A DNA stretch of 64,000 nucleotides from the NCBI GenBank assembly GCA_963793305.1, contig CAWBZV010000005.1, forward strand, positions 608,001-672,000, in the 5' to 3' direction. A program made the position numbers and the translations under genes. Shown here piece by piece: positions 37,767-47,360 of this stretch (position 1 is the first letter of the stretch; each line of letters begins with the position of its first letter). Source of the stretch: an uncultured Gemmatimonadales bacterium. Lineage in GTDB: Bacteria > Gemmatimonadota > Gemmatimonadetes > Gemmatimonadales > Gemmatimonadaceae. The notes under the pieces are model-generated. The model did not search any database, had not been told where the DNA came from, and worked only from the letters and a program-made list of their open reading frames with translations.

Positions 37767-40438
37767 CGAAACGGATATTCTGGTCTCTCGCCAGTTGTTG
37801 TTGCATTGCCTCCGCCTCGGTGCGCGCCCAGAATCCGGGCGCGGACCTGACGACGTCGAAGGACACGAACCGGGGGCCGCATGCCAGGCCCGCGCCGGGC
37901 CACGTCTTTCCCGCGCCACCACCTCCGACGAGTGATGTGCCGGAGTCGGTCACGGTCGTGCCTGGTCCGGAATATCGCGCGTCGTTCTGGCGCAAGTTCT
38001 TCGCGGGTGCGCACAATCGCGATCTATGGACCACGCCGATTCGAGTACAAGTCTTGGATCTGGCGCGATTCGCGGGCGGCCTGACGCCGATCGAGCACGG
38101 CGGCGGCTTGCAAACCGTGTCGTTGCACATGATGGGCGCGAACGGTATCGAATACTCGCTCCGCTCGGTCGACAAGCGCCCGAAGGTGCCCGAGGAGCTG
38201 CAAGGCTCGGTTGTCGAGCAAATCGTCGCCGACCAGACGAGCGCCGGCCATCCCGCCGCACCGCTGATCGTCGCACCGTTGGAGACCGCGGCGCGCGTGC
38301 TCCACGAGGAGCCCGCGTACTACGTGATCCCCGACGATCCACGCCTCGGCGCATTCCGGCACGAGTTCGCGGGGATGCTCGCTGAAGTCGAGGGCCGGCC
38401 CAAGACCAAGGATGGCGAGGAAGGGTTCGGCGACGCTTCGAAAGTCGTGAAGACCGAGAAGCTGCTCGACGACCTGAACGCCAAGAGCGAATCGAACCGC
38501 GTCGACTCCCGCGGTTATCTCACCGCGCGACTGACCGACATGTACGTCGGCGATTTTGACCGTGACGCCTCCCAGTGGCGGTGGGCGCGTTTCGGCGACA
38601 AGGACGACCGGATCTGGAAGCCGATTGCCGTCGATCGGGACTGGGCATTCGCGAAGAGCGATGGCCTCATTGCGTGGATCGCTCGACCGCACCGGCCGGA
38701 GCTCATGATCTTTGGCCCTCACTATCCGTGGCTCTTCGGGTTGATGTTCGAGGAGTGGGACCAAGACCGCCGACTGATGCAAGACCTGCAGCGGCCCGTG
38801 TTCGACTCGACCGCCCGATGGTTGCAGACGGTATGGACCGACTCGGCCATCAAGGACGCGGTCGCACATATGCCGCCCGAGATGCAGGCAAAGCGCGGTC
38901 AGTTCACGACCGAGGCGCTCGAGAAGCGACGCGACAATCTTCCGCGCGAGGCCGACGCGTTCTATCGGGCGATGGCATGGGGCGCGGACGTGCATACGAC
39001 GAGCGAGGCGAGCGTCATCGACATCACCAGGCGCCACGACACGGTCGACGTTCGGATGCGCCTCAAGGACGCCACGCCGGTCGATCCGTACTTCGAGCGG
39101 TCGTTCGTACGCGGTGAGACGCACGAGATCCGAGTCTATCTCGATGCGGGTCCCGACAGCGTCACCGAACGTGGCGGCGGCGACGGCATCAAGATTCGCA
39201 TTCTCGCTGGCGCGAATGGCGATGTCCTGGTCGATTCGACGACCGATAGCCCGGGCCAGACGCGCGTCTATGACTACGGCCACCCGGTGCGCCTGGTCAA
39301 TGCGCACGCCGTCGGCGTCGACAGTCGCCGCTTCATGGGACCCAAGGTGCCGCCCGGCACGCTCGTGCGCGATGTCGGCGAGAAGTGCGAGACCGAGCCC
39401 GGCTTCGCTGGCGGGTCGGACGCTGGCGTGGGCGTCGGGCTCAACATGACGTGCAACGACTACGGGTTTCGCCGGCAGCCGTGGGCGCTGAGCAACAGCT
39501 TCACGATCGGCTATGGCAGCGCGGCCGGCGGCGGAGGACTCGACTACTTGGGCCAGCTTCGTCCCGTCGGGAGCCGCGAGCTCTGGACGTTGCATGCGAC
39601 CGCGGTCACGTCGCAGTTCACGTGGTTCTTTGGCTACGGGAACAATAGCAAATTCGTCGCGGACACCAACCACGGCTTCGGCGAGTCGTTCTACCGGGCG
39701 CGCCAGTCGTACTTCCAGTTCAATCCGGGGCTGACGCTCCCATTCAATGGAACCACATCGCTCACGTTGTCGCCGTTCCTCCGCTATTGGCAGACCGGTA
39801 GGACGGGGACGATACATCATCGACAAAGCCGTACGGTGGCGACGGACCGTTCGGCTCGATCGGTGGGACGGTCGACTTCCGGTACGACACGCGCGACGAC
39901 AGGGGGTACGCGAGGAGCGGCGTGCTACTCAACGTCTTCGGCCGTGGCGTTCCCGATGTCTGGAATGCGCAGGACGTCGTATGGGAAAGTACGGGCAACC
40001 ATTGGCACCTATCTCTCGCCGCCGGCCGACTTCGCGGTGCGGCCGACTCTCGCGCTCCGCATCGGCGGCGAGAAGCTCTGGGGCACGGCGCCCTACGAGG
40101 ACATGGCGCACATCGGCGCCGCCGCCCCCGGCGAGCCGTTCAGCGTGCGTGGCTATATCGCCGACCGCTTCACCGGAACCGCGTCGGCATTCGGCAACGC
40201 GCAAGTCGAGTTGCCGATCTTCCAGCCGCTGATCTTAGTGCGCACCACGTTCGGGCTCATCGCCTTGAACGACATCGGCCGCGTGTGGATGCCGGGCGAG
40301 CACTCCTCGGCGTGGCACGATGGTTACGGTGGCGGTCTGTTCCTCGCGCCATTTTCGGGGAAGGTGACGGCGAATTTTCTCCTGGTCCACGGGACGGACG
40401 GCAACCGATTCTATTTCGGATATGGCACTGGACTCTAG
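37763..40438 (+). CDS. Omp85/BamA-TamA-like outer membrane protein with large N-terminal domain; compensating indels at 39810-39975
   Basis: GGG.QT.SL..LRSVDK; GD.DR...QWRW; an alternate frame gives FRYDTRD...SG; VRGY...RF.G; C-terminal YFGYG. Confidence 0.75.
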   Translation: MTKRIFWSLASCCCIASASVRAQNPGADLTTSKDTNRGPHARPAPGHVFPAPPPPTSDVPESVTVVPGPEYRASFWRKFFAGAHNRDLWTTPIRVQVLDLARFAGGLTPIEHGGGLQTVSLHMMGANGIEYSLRSVDKRPKVPEELQGSVVEQIVADQTSAGHPAAPLIVAPLETAARVLHEEPAYYVIPDDPRLGAFRHEFAGMLAEVEGRPKTKDGEEGFGDASKVVKTEKLLDDLNAKSESNRVDSRGYLTARLTDMYVGDFDRDASQWRWARFGDKDDRIWKPIAVDRDWAFAKSDGLIAWIARPHRPELMIFGPHYPWLFGLMFEEWDQDRRLMQDLQRPVFDSTARWLQTVWTDSAIKDAVAHMPPEMQAKRGQFTTEALEKRRDNLPREADAFYRAMAWGADVHTTSEASVIDITRRHDTVDVRMRLKDATPVDPYFERSFVRGETHEIRVYLDAGPDSVTERGGGDGIKIRILAGANGDVLVDSTTDSPGQTRVYDYGHPVRLVNAHAVGVDSRRFMGPKVPPGTLVRDVGEKCETEPGFAGGSDAGVGVGLNMTCNDYGFRRQPWALSNSFTIGYGSAAGGGGLDYLGQLRPVGSRELWTLHATAVTSQFTWFFGYGNNSKFVADTNHGFGESFYRARQSYFQFNPGLTLPFNGTTSLTLSPFLRYWQTGRTGTIHHRQSRTVATDRSARSVGRSTSGTTRATTGGTRGAACYSTSSAVAFPMSGMRRTSYGKVRATIGTYLSPPADFAVRPTLALRIGGEKLWGTAPYEDMAHIGAAAPGEPFSVRGYIADRFTGTASAFGNAQVELPIFQPLILVRTTFGLIALNDIGRVWMPGEHSSAWHDGYGGGLFLAPFSGKVTANFLLVHGTDGNRFYFGYGTGL

Positions 40439-42509
40439 CACGATCGCCGAAGTCCCCGGTTGGCGCGCACCCGATGACGATGACACGCACGATACGCTGC
40501 TCGAGTTCAACGCCCACGTCTTGGCACTCGCGCAGCATCCGCGCACGCCCCTCTGCGAGCGCGCGCGCTTTCTCGCCATCCTCGGCGGGAATCTCGACGA
40601 GTTCTTCACCGTCCATGTGGGCGAAGCGAAGGCCTGGCTGGCGGGGAAGGGCGCGTTCGAGCCGGACTTCACGGATACCGACGGCGGAATAGGCGCGCGC
40701 GGTACAAACGTCCAGACGCTGATTCACGACACGATGCAGGCCGCGAAGGGCGCCGGCGCGCTGCTGCATCATGGGCGCGAGTGGTTCCGCACGGAATGCC
40801 GGCCCGCGTTCGCCGACGCTGGTATTCACCTGAGTCGCTGGACCGAGCTCTCGCCCTCATCCAGCGAAATCGCCGAGCGGTACTTCGCGGATCATGTCCT
40901 TCCCGTATTTGCGGGGATCGGCGGCGACGGGCTCCCGCATCTCCCGTCGCTGTCCCTCGCGTTGGTCGTGGTGCGTCAGAGCGACGGCAAGCTGCTCATC
41001 GTGCCCGTTCCCCGCACGCTGCCTCGCGCGATCGAGCTCCAGCCGGGCACCGAGTACATGGCGCTCGAGGAGCTGATGCTGCTCCACGCTCATGTGCTGT
41101 GCCCCGATGCAGGACCCGACGCGAAGGCGTTCGTGGTGCGAGTCACCCGCGCCTCCGATACGCGACTGGGGAAACGGCCGAGCGGCGACCCCGTCTCGGC
41201 GGCCGAGGCCTTGCTCGCACGCCGTGAGCACGCGCCGGTCGTGCGCCTCGAGGTCAACTGCTCGATGCCGCGCGCGATCCGCAAGCAACTCCTGGCGATG
41301 TTCAGCGCCGAGGCGCAGGCGGTTGGCGTGAGCGGCGCGACGCTCGATGCGTGCGACGTCTTCGAGACTGACGGCCCGGTCGTGTCGCTCGATGCGCTCT
41401 CGTCCATCGCGTCGATCAAGCGAGCGGATCTCACGTACCAATCGTTCCGCCAGCGCATCCCGATTCCGGAGTCGCAATCCATCTGGGAGCGGCTGCGCGC
41501 GGGCGATGTGTTCGTCCATTTTCCCTACGACTCGTTCACGGCCTCCGTGGGCCGCATGCTCGAAGACGCCGCCAGCGACCCCAATGTGCGCGCCGTGCGG
41601 TGTACGATCTACCGCACCGAGCGCGACTCCCGGGTGATCTCGGCGCTGGTGCGCGCCGCGCAGGCTGGCAAGGATGTGCTGGTGGTCGTCGAGCTCATGG
41701 CGCGCTTCGACGAGAGCCCGAATCTCCGATGGACCACGATCCTGACCGATGCCGGCTGCCGCGTGGTGCACGCGCCACCGGGCCTCAAGGTGCACGGGAA
41801 GGTCGGGGTCATCGTCCGTCCCGAGGGTTCGTACGGGTTCGTGAGCACGGGCAACCTGAATTCGATCACGGCGGCCCACTACACGGATTTCGCGATCCTC
41901 ACGGCACGCCCGGACATCATCGCCGAGCTCGCGGCGTTATTCGATGATCTCGCGGCGGGCGATGTGACGCGTGCCAAGTACCACCACGTGTTGGTGTCGC
42001 CGTACTCGATGCGCGACCCACTGCTGACGCTCATCGGCCGCGAGGCCGCGCGCGGCGAACAGGGCCGTATTCGCGCGAAGCTCAACGGTCTCGACGACCC
42101 GGAGATCATCGGCGCGTTGTACACGGCGTCCGAAGCGGGCGCGCGTATCGATCTCCTCGTACGCGGGCTCTGCACGCTCAGACCAGGTATTCCGGGTCGT
42201 TCCGAACGAATTACAGTTTCCAGCATTGTGGGCCGGTTCTTGGAGCATGGCCGCATCTATGCTTTCGGCGACGACTACTGGATCGGATCGGCCGACTGGC
42301 GCATGCGCAACTTGATGCACCGCGTCGAGGTTGCCACGCCAATCGTTGACGCGACGGCTCGGCGTCAAGTCGAGGAGATCTTGAGCGCCGAGTTGAACGA
42401 CCCGACGCGATGGATGATGCGCGGCGACGGGTCGTATGCGCAGGACCCGAACGCGGCATTGACCGAGGGGACTCAAGACCGATACGTATCGCGGCTGTCG
42501 CCTGTGTGA
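40422..42509 (+). CDS. ppk1: Polyphosphate kinase 1
   Basis: NLDEFF.V; H.PYDSF; TIYRT; VEL.ARFDE..N; LKVHGK; STGN.N; SIVGRFLEH.RI; SADW..RNL..RVE. Confidence 0.92.
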   Translation: MALDSSTIAEVPGWRAPDDDDTHDTLLEFNAHVLALAQHPRTPLCERARFLAILGGNLDEFFTVHVGEAKAWLAGKGAFEPDFTDTDGGIGARGTNVQTLIHDTMQAAKGAGALLHHGREWFRTECRPAFADAGIHLSRWTELSPSSSEIAERYFADHVLPVFAGIGGDGLPHLPSLSLALVVVRQSDGKLLIVPVPRTLPRAIELQPGTEYMALEELMLLHAHVLCPDAGPDAKAFVVRVTRASDTRLGKRPSGDPVSAAEALLARREHAPVVRLEVNCSMPRAIRKQLLAMFSAEAQAVGVSGATLDACDVFETDGPVVSLDALSSIASIKRADLTYQSFRQRIPIPESQSIWERLRAGDVFVHFPYDSFTASVGRMLEDAASDPNVRAVRCTIYRTERDSRVISALVRAAQAGKDVLVVVELMARFDESPNLRWTTILTDAGCRVVHAPPGLKVHGKVGVIVRPEGSYGFVSTGNLNSITAAHYTDFAILTARPDIIAELAALFDDLAAGDVTRAKYHHVLVSPYSMRDPLLTLIGREAARGEQGRIRAKLNGLDDPEIIGALYTASEAGARIDLLVRGLCTLRPGIPGRSERITVSSIVGRFLEHGRIYAFGDDYWIGSADWRMRNLMHRVEVATPIVDATARRQVEEILSAELNDPTRWMMRGDGSYAQDPNAALTEGTQDRYVSRLSPV

Positions 42510-42610
42510 TACCGGTATTGCCCTCCCGGGGGGACAGTCTCATGCGCGTTAAGGCCGTGTTTCGGTTCCAACGACTTGTAGGTCAACGAGTTGGGAACCG
42601 GGCCCCAACG

Positions 42611-42624
42611 GGCGCGAATCTCGC
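42611..42624 (+). promoter_or_regulatory. Possible sigma54 (-24/-12) promoter
   Basis: GG-N10-GC (GGCGCGAATCTCGC) 15 nt before ATG 42639, preceded by an inverted repeat at ~42563-42600. Confidence 0.3.
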
Positions 42625-42638
42625 TTCCCGATACTGGC

Positions 42639-42947
42639 ATGCCCGCCATACCAGTAGAGACCACGGACGCGCTGCGATCGGCGATCATCGAGCACGTCAC
42701 GTTGGAGCCGGCGCCCGAGGCCCAAGTGCTCGATCGCGTGATCGAGCGGCTGACGCGAGAAGGGCAGCATCTCAACCTGCGCGTCGAGCAACTTCTGGTT
42801 GTCGTGAAGACCTGCTGGCACGAACTGCCCCTGGCCATTCGCCGCTCGCCACGCGCGGCTCCGGATATCCTGCTGAATCGCATGGTCCAAGGGTGCATTC
42901 GGACGTACTACGCGGATTCACGGCGTCGTCGGAGATTGGTCACGTAG
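42639..42947 (+). CDS. Small helical hypothetical protein
   Basis: MPAIPVETTDALRSAI...EQLLVVVK..W...CIRTYY; plausible codon usage. Confidence 0.55.
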   Translation: MPAIPVETTDALRSAIIEHVTLEPAPEAQVLDRVIERLTREGQHLNLRVEQLLVVVKTCWHELPLAIRRSPRAAPDILLNRMVQGCIRTYYADSRRRRRLVT

Positions 42948-44066
42948 CACGTCGGTCACGTGTCGTGCGATCATCAGCTCTTCGTCGGTCGCGACGACAC
43001 GCACGGTGACCGCATCGCCGTCCGCGGAGAGAATCGCAGCGTTGGCGCCGTTCCGTGCCGGGTCGACACGCACGCCGAGAAATCCCAGCCCCTCGCAGAT
43101 CTGCTCACGCACCGGCGCCGCGTGCTCGCCGATGCCGCCAGTGAACACGATCGTATCAACGCCTCCAAGGGCCGCGGCATAGGCGCCAATGGTTTTCTTG
43201 ACGTGGTAACAGAACACGTCGATGGCTTCTCGCGAATCGGCATCCGTTCGCGCCAGCAATTCCTGCATATCGCTCGTCGCGCCCGAGAGCCCGAGCAATC
43301 CCGCTTGATGGTTGACGAGACGCCCGACGTTACCGGCCGACATATCACGTAACAGATACAGCATGACGCCAGGATCCAGATCCCCGGATCGCGTCCCCAT
43401 GACGAGCCCTCCGGTCGGCGTCATCCCCATACTGGTATCGACACTCCGCCCGTCGAGGACAGCCGCGACGCTCGCGCCGTTGCCGAGGTGCGCGATGATG
43501 GCCCGCTTGCCCAGCGGGACGGCGCTGACCACGTACTCGTAAGACAGCCCGTGGAACCCGTAGCGAATCACCCCGCGATCAGTGAGCGGCCGGGTGAGCC
43601 CCCACAGTTGCGCCACCCGCGGCATGCGCCGGTGAAACGCGGTATCAAAGCACGCGATCTGCTCAAGTCCGGACGACCATCGCCGCACCGCCTCGATCGC
43701 CTCGAGTGCCTGCGGCAGATGCTCCGGCGCCAGGGGAATCAGCCCACGCAACGTGTCCTCCACCGTTGACGTGATGCACACCGGTCCGAAATACGTCGCG
43801 CCACCGTGCACGATGCGATGCCCGACCGCGGCGAGACTCCGCACGTCGAGCCGTGCCTCGAGCGTCTCGGTCAGCACGCGCCACGCGGCGGCATGATCGG
43901 GCAGATCAACGCGCCGCTCGTCCGATGGCGTGCCGTGCACGGTCAGCGTGCCATCCGGCGTCCCGATGCGTGCCAGCGCGCCGGACATGATGCGCCCGTT
44001 CGCGTCTGCCTTCGCGAACACGGCGAACTTGAGGGACGACGAGCCGGCATTGAGCGCGAGAATCAT
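42918..44066 (-). CDS. ackA: Acetate/propionate kinase
   Basis: ILALNAGSSSLKF; GHRIVHGG; FDTAFH; RYGFHGLS; HLGNGAS; TSMG.TP..G..MGTRSGDLDP; FTGGIGE; TDEEL. Confidence 0.95.
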   Translation of the reverse strand: MILALNAGSSSLKFAVFAKADANGRIMSGALARIGTPDGTLTVHGTPSDERRVDLPDHAAAWRVLTETLEARLDVRSLAAVGHRIVHGGATYFGPVCITSTVEDTLRGLIPLAPEHLPQALEAIEAVRRWSSGLEQIACFDTAFHRRMPRVAQLWGLTRPLTDRGVIRYGFHGLSYEYVVSAVPLGKRAIIAHLGNGASVAAVLDGRSVDTSMGMTPTGGLVMGTRSGDLDPGVMLYLLRDMSAGNVGRLVNHQAGLLGLSGATSDMQELLARTDADSREAIDVFCYHVKKTIGAYAAALGGVDTIVFTGGIGEHAAPVREQICEGLGFLGVRVDPARNGANAAILSADGDAVTVRVVATDEELMIARHVTDVLRDQSPTTP

Positions 44067-44106
44067 GGACGAATGGCCAATTTGGTATATGTTGGACCCC
44101 GGGCGT

Positions 44107-45603
44107 ATGGAGCAGCGCGTATTCTACTGCCAGGGCCCGGAAGCACACGTCTGGTCCGATCCAGATGATGCGGGCAAATGTTGTAACGGGTACGAGCGCG
44201 CCGTCGAGATCCAGCGCGACGCGCAGGGCAACGCGCAACTCGCATACTTCTGGCGCCCGATCCCGTCCCCAATCGTCGGTATCGCGGGAGCGCTGGTCGC
44301 CGATGAGGCACGCACACTCGGAACCGACCAGATCGTGATCCCGCCGAGCCCGACCCCGCCTGTCGAGGCCCACAGATGCTCGTTAGACGACGAGCCGCGC
44401 AGCGGGGAGGAGGGTCTTAGCCCGCTCCGCCACATAGCGTACTTCGAAGCACTCGGCGCCTCCGAGACGGGCACCCCGGAGTGGGAGGCGACGTCAGCCG
44501 GACTCGTCGTGCTCAGGCTCGTTGACCGTTGGGTCTGGCGCCACGTCCGCGAGCGCGCACCGACGTTTCGTGAATTCGTCACCGTTCGGCGAGCGATCGC
44601 GCGCGTCGCGCCCGGTGCGATGCGCGCCGCGCTCGAGGAGCTCGCCTCGGCGGTCGCCGTATTCTCCAGCGCGCGCGCGTCGCCAGTGAACGACTGTCTC
44701 ATGGCCTACGCGCAGGTCCTGCAAGATGGCGCGCAGTGGTCGTTGGCGGCCGACGTGTATGACACAGTCCTAATGAATGCGAGATCGGCGTCGGACGCGC
44801 GGGCGTTGCCGGTCTGCGCGGTGCGTGCCGGTCTCTGTCTCCGGATGATGGGCAAACTCCGGGAGGCCGACCGGGTGTACCGCTTCGGTCTCGACGTTGC
44901 CTCGGAGATCGGCGATCGGCACAGCGCGATGCTCGCGCGCGTCGGCCTGGCCGCGGTCGCGGCGCAGCGCGGTGAGCTGCCGGAAGCCGTGTCCGTGCTG
45001 GACCAGGTGATTCTTGACGCTGTCGGGCCGGAGCTCAAGGCGGTCCGGGCCGCGGCGCTTCACGATCGTGGCGGCGTCGCGATCGTCCGGCAGGAATATG
45101 AGCGGGCGGTGCTGCTTCTATATGAAGCGTTCACGCTCTATCAGGATGTCGCGAACCGTGACCGGGCGTTGAACGATCTCGCGACCGCGCTCGGCAGTCT
45201 CGGGTTGCGTGGGGCGGCGCACGATGCGTACTTCGTCATTCATTCGACGTTGCATCAGCGGGATCTGCGGTGGTGGGCAGGCCTCAACCTCATGCGGTTG
45301 GCGGTGCTGGAGCACAACGAGAGCGAGTTTGAGCAGTACCGGCTGCGGCTGCGCCGGGAATCGCTGACGGGCACGCATGCGGCCCACTATGCCCTCTTCG
45401 TCGGGGAGGGGCACGCACGGTTCGGGCGACCCGATCGGGCGCGCCGTGCGTTCTCGCGCGCCGCGGAGCTCGCGCTGGAGTTCGGTCTTCCGTCGGTTGC
45501 CGCCGGAGCGATCGCGGCGCGGGGATCGTCGGAGGTCGCGGCCACGCCCGCCGTCGCGCGGGTCGTCACCGCGATCCGCGCATTGGCCGGAGTCGAATCC
45601 TGA
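44107..45603 (+). CDS. TPR-repeat protein with Cys/His-rich N-terminal extension
   Basis: Helical repeats (ARVGLAAVAAQRGEL.EA, ALHDRG, RDRALNDLA, YALFVGEG); paralog of 55753..56788. Start uncertain. Confidence 0.65.
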   Translation: MEQRVFYCQGPEAHVWSDPDDAGKCCNGYERAVEIQRDAQGNAQLAYFWRPIPSPIVGIAGALVADEARTLGTDQIVIPPSPTPPVEAHRCSLDDEPRSGEEGLSPLRHIAYFEALGASETGTPEWEATSAGLVVLRLVDRWVWRHVRERAPTFREFVTVRRAIARVAPGAMRAALEELASAVAVFSSARASPVNDCLMAYAQVLQDGAQWSLAADVYDTVLMNARSASDARALPVCAVRAGLCLRMMGKLREADRVYRFGLDVASEIGDRHSAMLARVGLAAVAAQRGELPEAVSVLDQVILDAVGPELKAVRAAALHDRGGVAIVRQEYERAVLLLYEAFTLYQDVANRDRALNDLATALGSLGLRGAAHDAYFVIHSTLHQRDLRWWAGLNLMRLAVLEHNESEFEQYRLRLRRESLTGTHAAHYALFVGEGHARFGRPDRARRAFSRAAELALEFGLPSVAAGAIAARGSSEVAATPAVARVVTAIRALAGVES

Positions 45604-45605
45604 CC

Positions 45606-46451
45606 ATGCGGTTGCACCTGGGTCGCCGTTTGCGTGTGCTGCCAGCGCTCGCCGATCACGTCCTGCCATCGACGCGATCGATCGATGTCATCGCGTTTCT
45701 GCCCGACCGGCTGCTCCAGACGCTCCGCGTGGTCGCCGCGGGGCGTCATGTGCTCACGACTGTCGCGACGATGTCGGAGCTGGACGCAGCGTTGCGACAG
45801 GGTCGCGCCGATTGCGCGGTGGTCGATCCGCAGGGTCCTGGCCGGCCCGGGGCCAAGCGACTCGGACCGTTGCTCGCGCGGTATCCGGGCGTGCACGTCG
45901 TGGTGTATACGACGCTCACGGCCGAGTCCATGCACGACGTCGCGGCCCTCGGCGTTCGCGACGTCGTGCTCTTCAACTGCGACGACCGGCCGACCTACTT
46001 TCGCGACCTGCTCGAGACCGCGCCGGCGGCCTCGCTCACGGACGACGTGCTGGCGCGGGTCGAGGGGGCGCTCACGATCGTGCGACCCGAGCTCCGTCGC
46101 GCGCTGGCCGAGCTCTTTCGCGCTCCGGAAACAATCAGATCGGTCGATGCCTTCCGTCGCGTCGCGGGTATGTCACGCATGACGCTCGGCCGTGCGCTCA
46201 CGAAGGCTGGGCTGACGTCGCCTAGTGGTCTTCTGCGATCGGCCCGCGTGGTCCGCGTGTACTTCCTGGTGCGTCGCGGCGGGCTCCGCCTCAAGATTAT
46301 CGCGCCGCGGCTAGGCTACTCGTCGCCGCGAAAGTTGGCGGATGAGTGCAAGGCGTTGACGGGGCTCACGCCGATGCTGTTGTCGCGGACCGTCGATCCC
46401 GATGAGTTCTCGGCGCTCATCGCGCGCAAACTCATGCGCCATCCGTTGTAG
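45606..46451 (+). CDS. AraC-type HTH regulator with receiver-like N-terminal domain
   Basis: DCAVVDP...VVVYT receiver-like segment; SV......GMSR.TL.R.L..AGL..P..LL..AR...IA.RLGYSS.R.L. Confidence 0.75.
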   Translation: MRLHLGRRLRVLPALADHVLPSTRSIDVIAFLPDRLLQTLRVVAAGRHVLTTVATMSELDAALRQGRADCAVVDPQGPGRPGAKRLGPLLARYPGVHVVVYTTLTAESMHDVAALGVRDVVLFNCDDRPTYFRDLLETAPAASLTDDVLARVEGALTIVRPELRRALAELFRAPETIRSVDAFRRVAGMSRMTLGRALTKAGLTSPSGLLRSARVVRVYFLVRRGGLRLKIIAPRLGYSSPRKLADECKALTGLTPMLLSRTVDPDEFSALIARKLMRHPL

Positions 46452-46634
46452 CTGCGCCGTTCATAACCACTCCGTTTTCAACACCACGTATCGTCCTCGT
46501 CGCGTATTGCTTCTGGCAACATTTTACAGTTGCGGGTGTGACTCAGTGGGCATATCTATGCCGCCACAGGCAAGCAGTCAGTGAGAGTGCGCCGCTGACG
46601 GGTCGTATGCAGCGAGTTCGATCCCTTTGTTCCG

Positions 46635-46958
46635 ATGATCGCGAGCTTTTTCCGGCGCGCCCGCGGGAAGCCAGCCGTTTCGTTGTCCGACCGTCTCATC
46701 GCGTCCCCACGCGTGTCGCGCGCGACGCAGCACGGTCAGACCATGCTGCTCGATCTCTCGGGCGGGGCGTACTACACGCTGAACGAGAGCGGCGCGTTCA
46801 TCTGGGACATGCTGAAGCAAGGCACCACGCTCGGCGAGATCGTCGACGCGCTCGAAGCGCGCTACGATGCGCCACGCGAACAGATCGCTTCCGACGCCTC
46901 CACAATGACCACGGAGCTGATTGCTGCCTCCTTGGTCCGCTTTGAGCGTGCCCAGTGA
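46635..46958 (+). CDS. Lasso peptide RiPP recognition element (B1, PqqD family)
   Basis: LLDL..G.YYTLN.SGAFIW.ML..G.T..EIV.AL..RYD....I..D.......L....LV. Confidence 0.9.
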   Translation: MIASFFRRARGKPAVSLSDRLIASPRVSRATQHGQTMLLDLSGGAYYTLNESGAFIWDMLKQGTTLGEIVDALEARYDAPREQIASDASTMTTELIAASLVRFERAQ

Positions 46959-47356
46959 TGACGCGAACTCGCGTCATCAAGCGAATTCGAGCCGTCGACA
47001 GCGCGGTCGCGCTGATCGCGATCAAGCTCATGCTGCTCGTGATCGGCTTCGCGCGCACTTACTCATTGCTCCAATCGCGCGTGCGCGATCTCGCCACAAC
47101 CACCGAGCCCGATGCCGCGACCTTGGACGCCTCCGCGCGCTCGATCGTCGTCGCCGCCATACTGATTCCGGGCCGCATCGAGTGCCTTGAGCAATCTTTG
47201 GCACTCTGGTACTTACTCCGCCGCCGCGGTGTCTGCGCCGAGCTGACGTTCGGCATGCGACAGTACCCGTTCGGCGCGCACGCCTGGGTAACCTACCGAG
47301 GCGAGCCGCTCAACGAGGATCGCGAAGCGCTCCGACATTACGTCGCCTTCGCCTGA
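46955..47356 (+). CDS. Lasso peptide leader peptidase (B2, transglutaminase-like)
   Basis: CLEQSLAL..LLRRRG....L.FG....PF.AHAWV...G..LNE (Cys-His catalytic motifs). Confidence 0.92.
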   Translation: MMTRTRVIKRIRAVDSAVALIAIKLMLLVIGFARTYSLLQSRVRDLATTTEPDAATLDASARSIVVAAILIPGRIECLEQSLALWYLLRRRGVCAELTFGMRQYPFGAHAWVTYRGEPLNEDREALRHYVAFA

Positions 47357-47360
47357 TCTC

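Noticed and set aside
38024..39826. Long antisense ORFs (also 52014..53162, 28860..29813, 40857..41879, 60779..61816)
   Set aside because: Shadow frames of well-supported opposite-strand genes, typical of high-GC DNA; no motifs.
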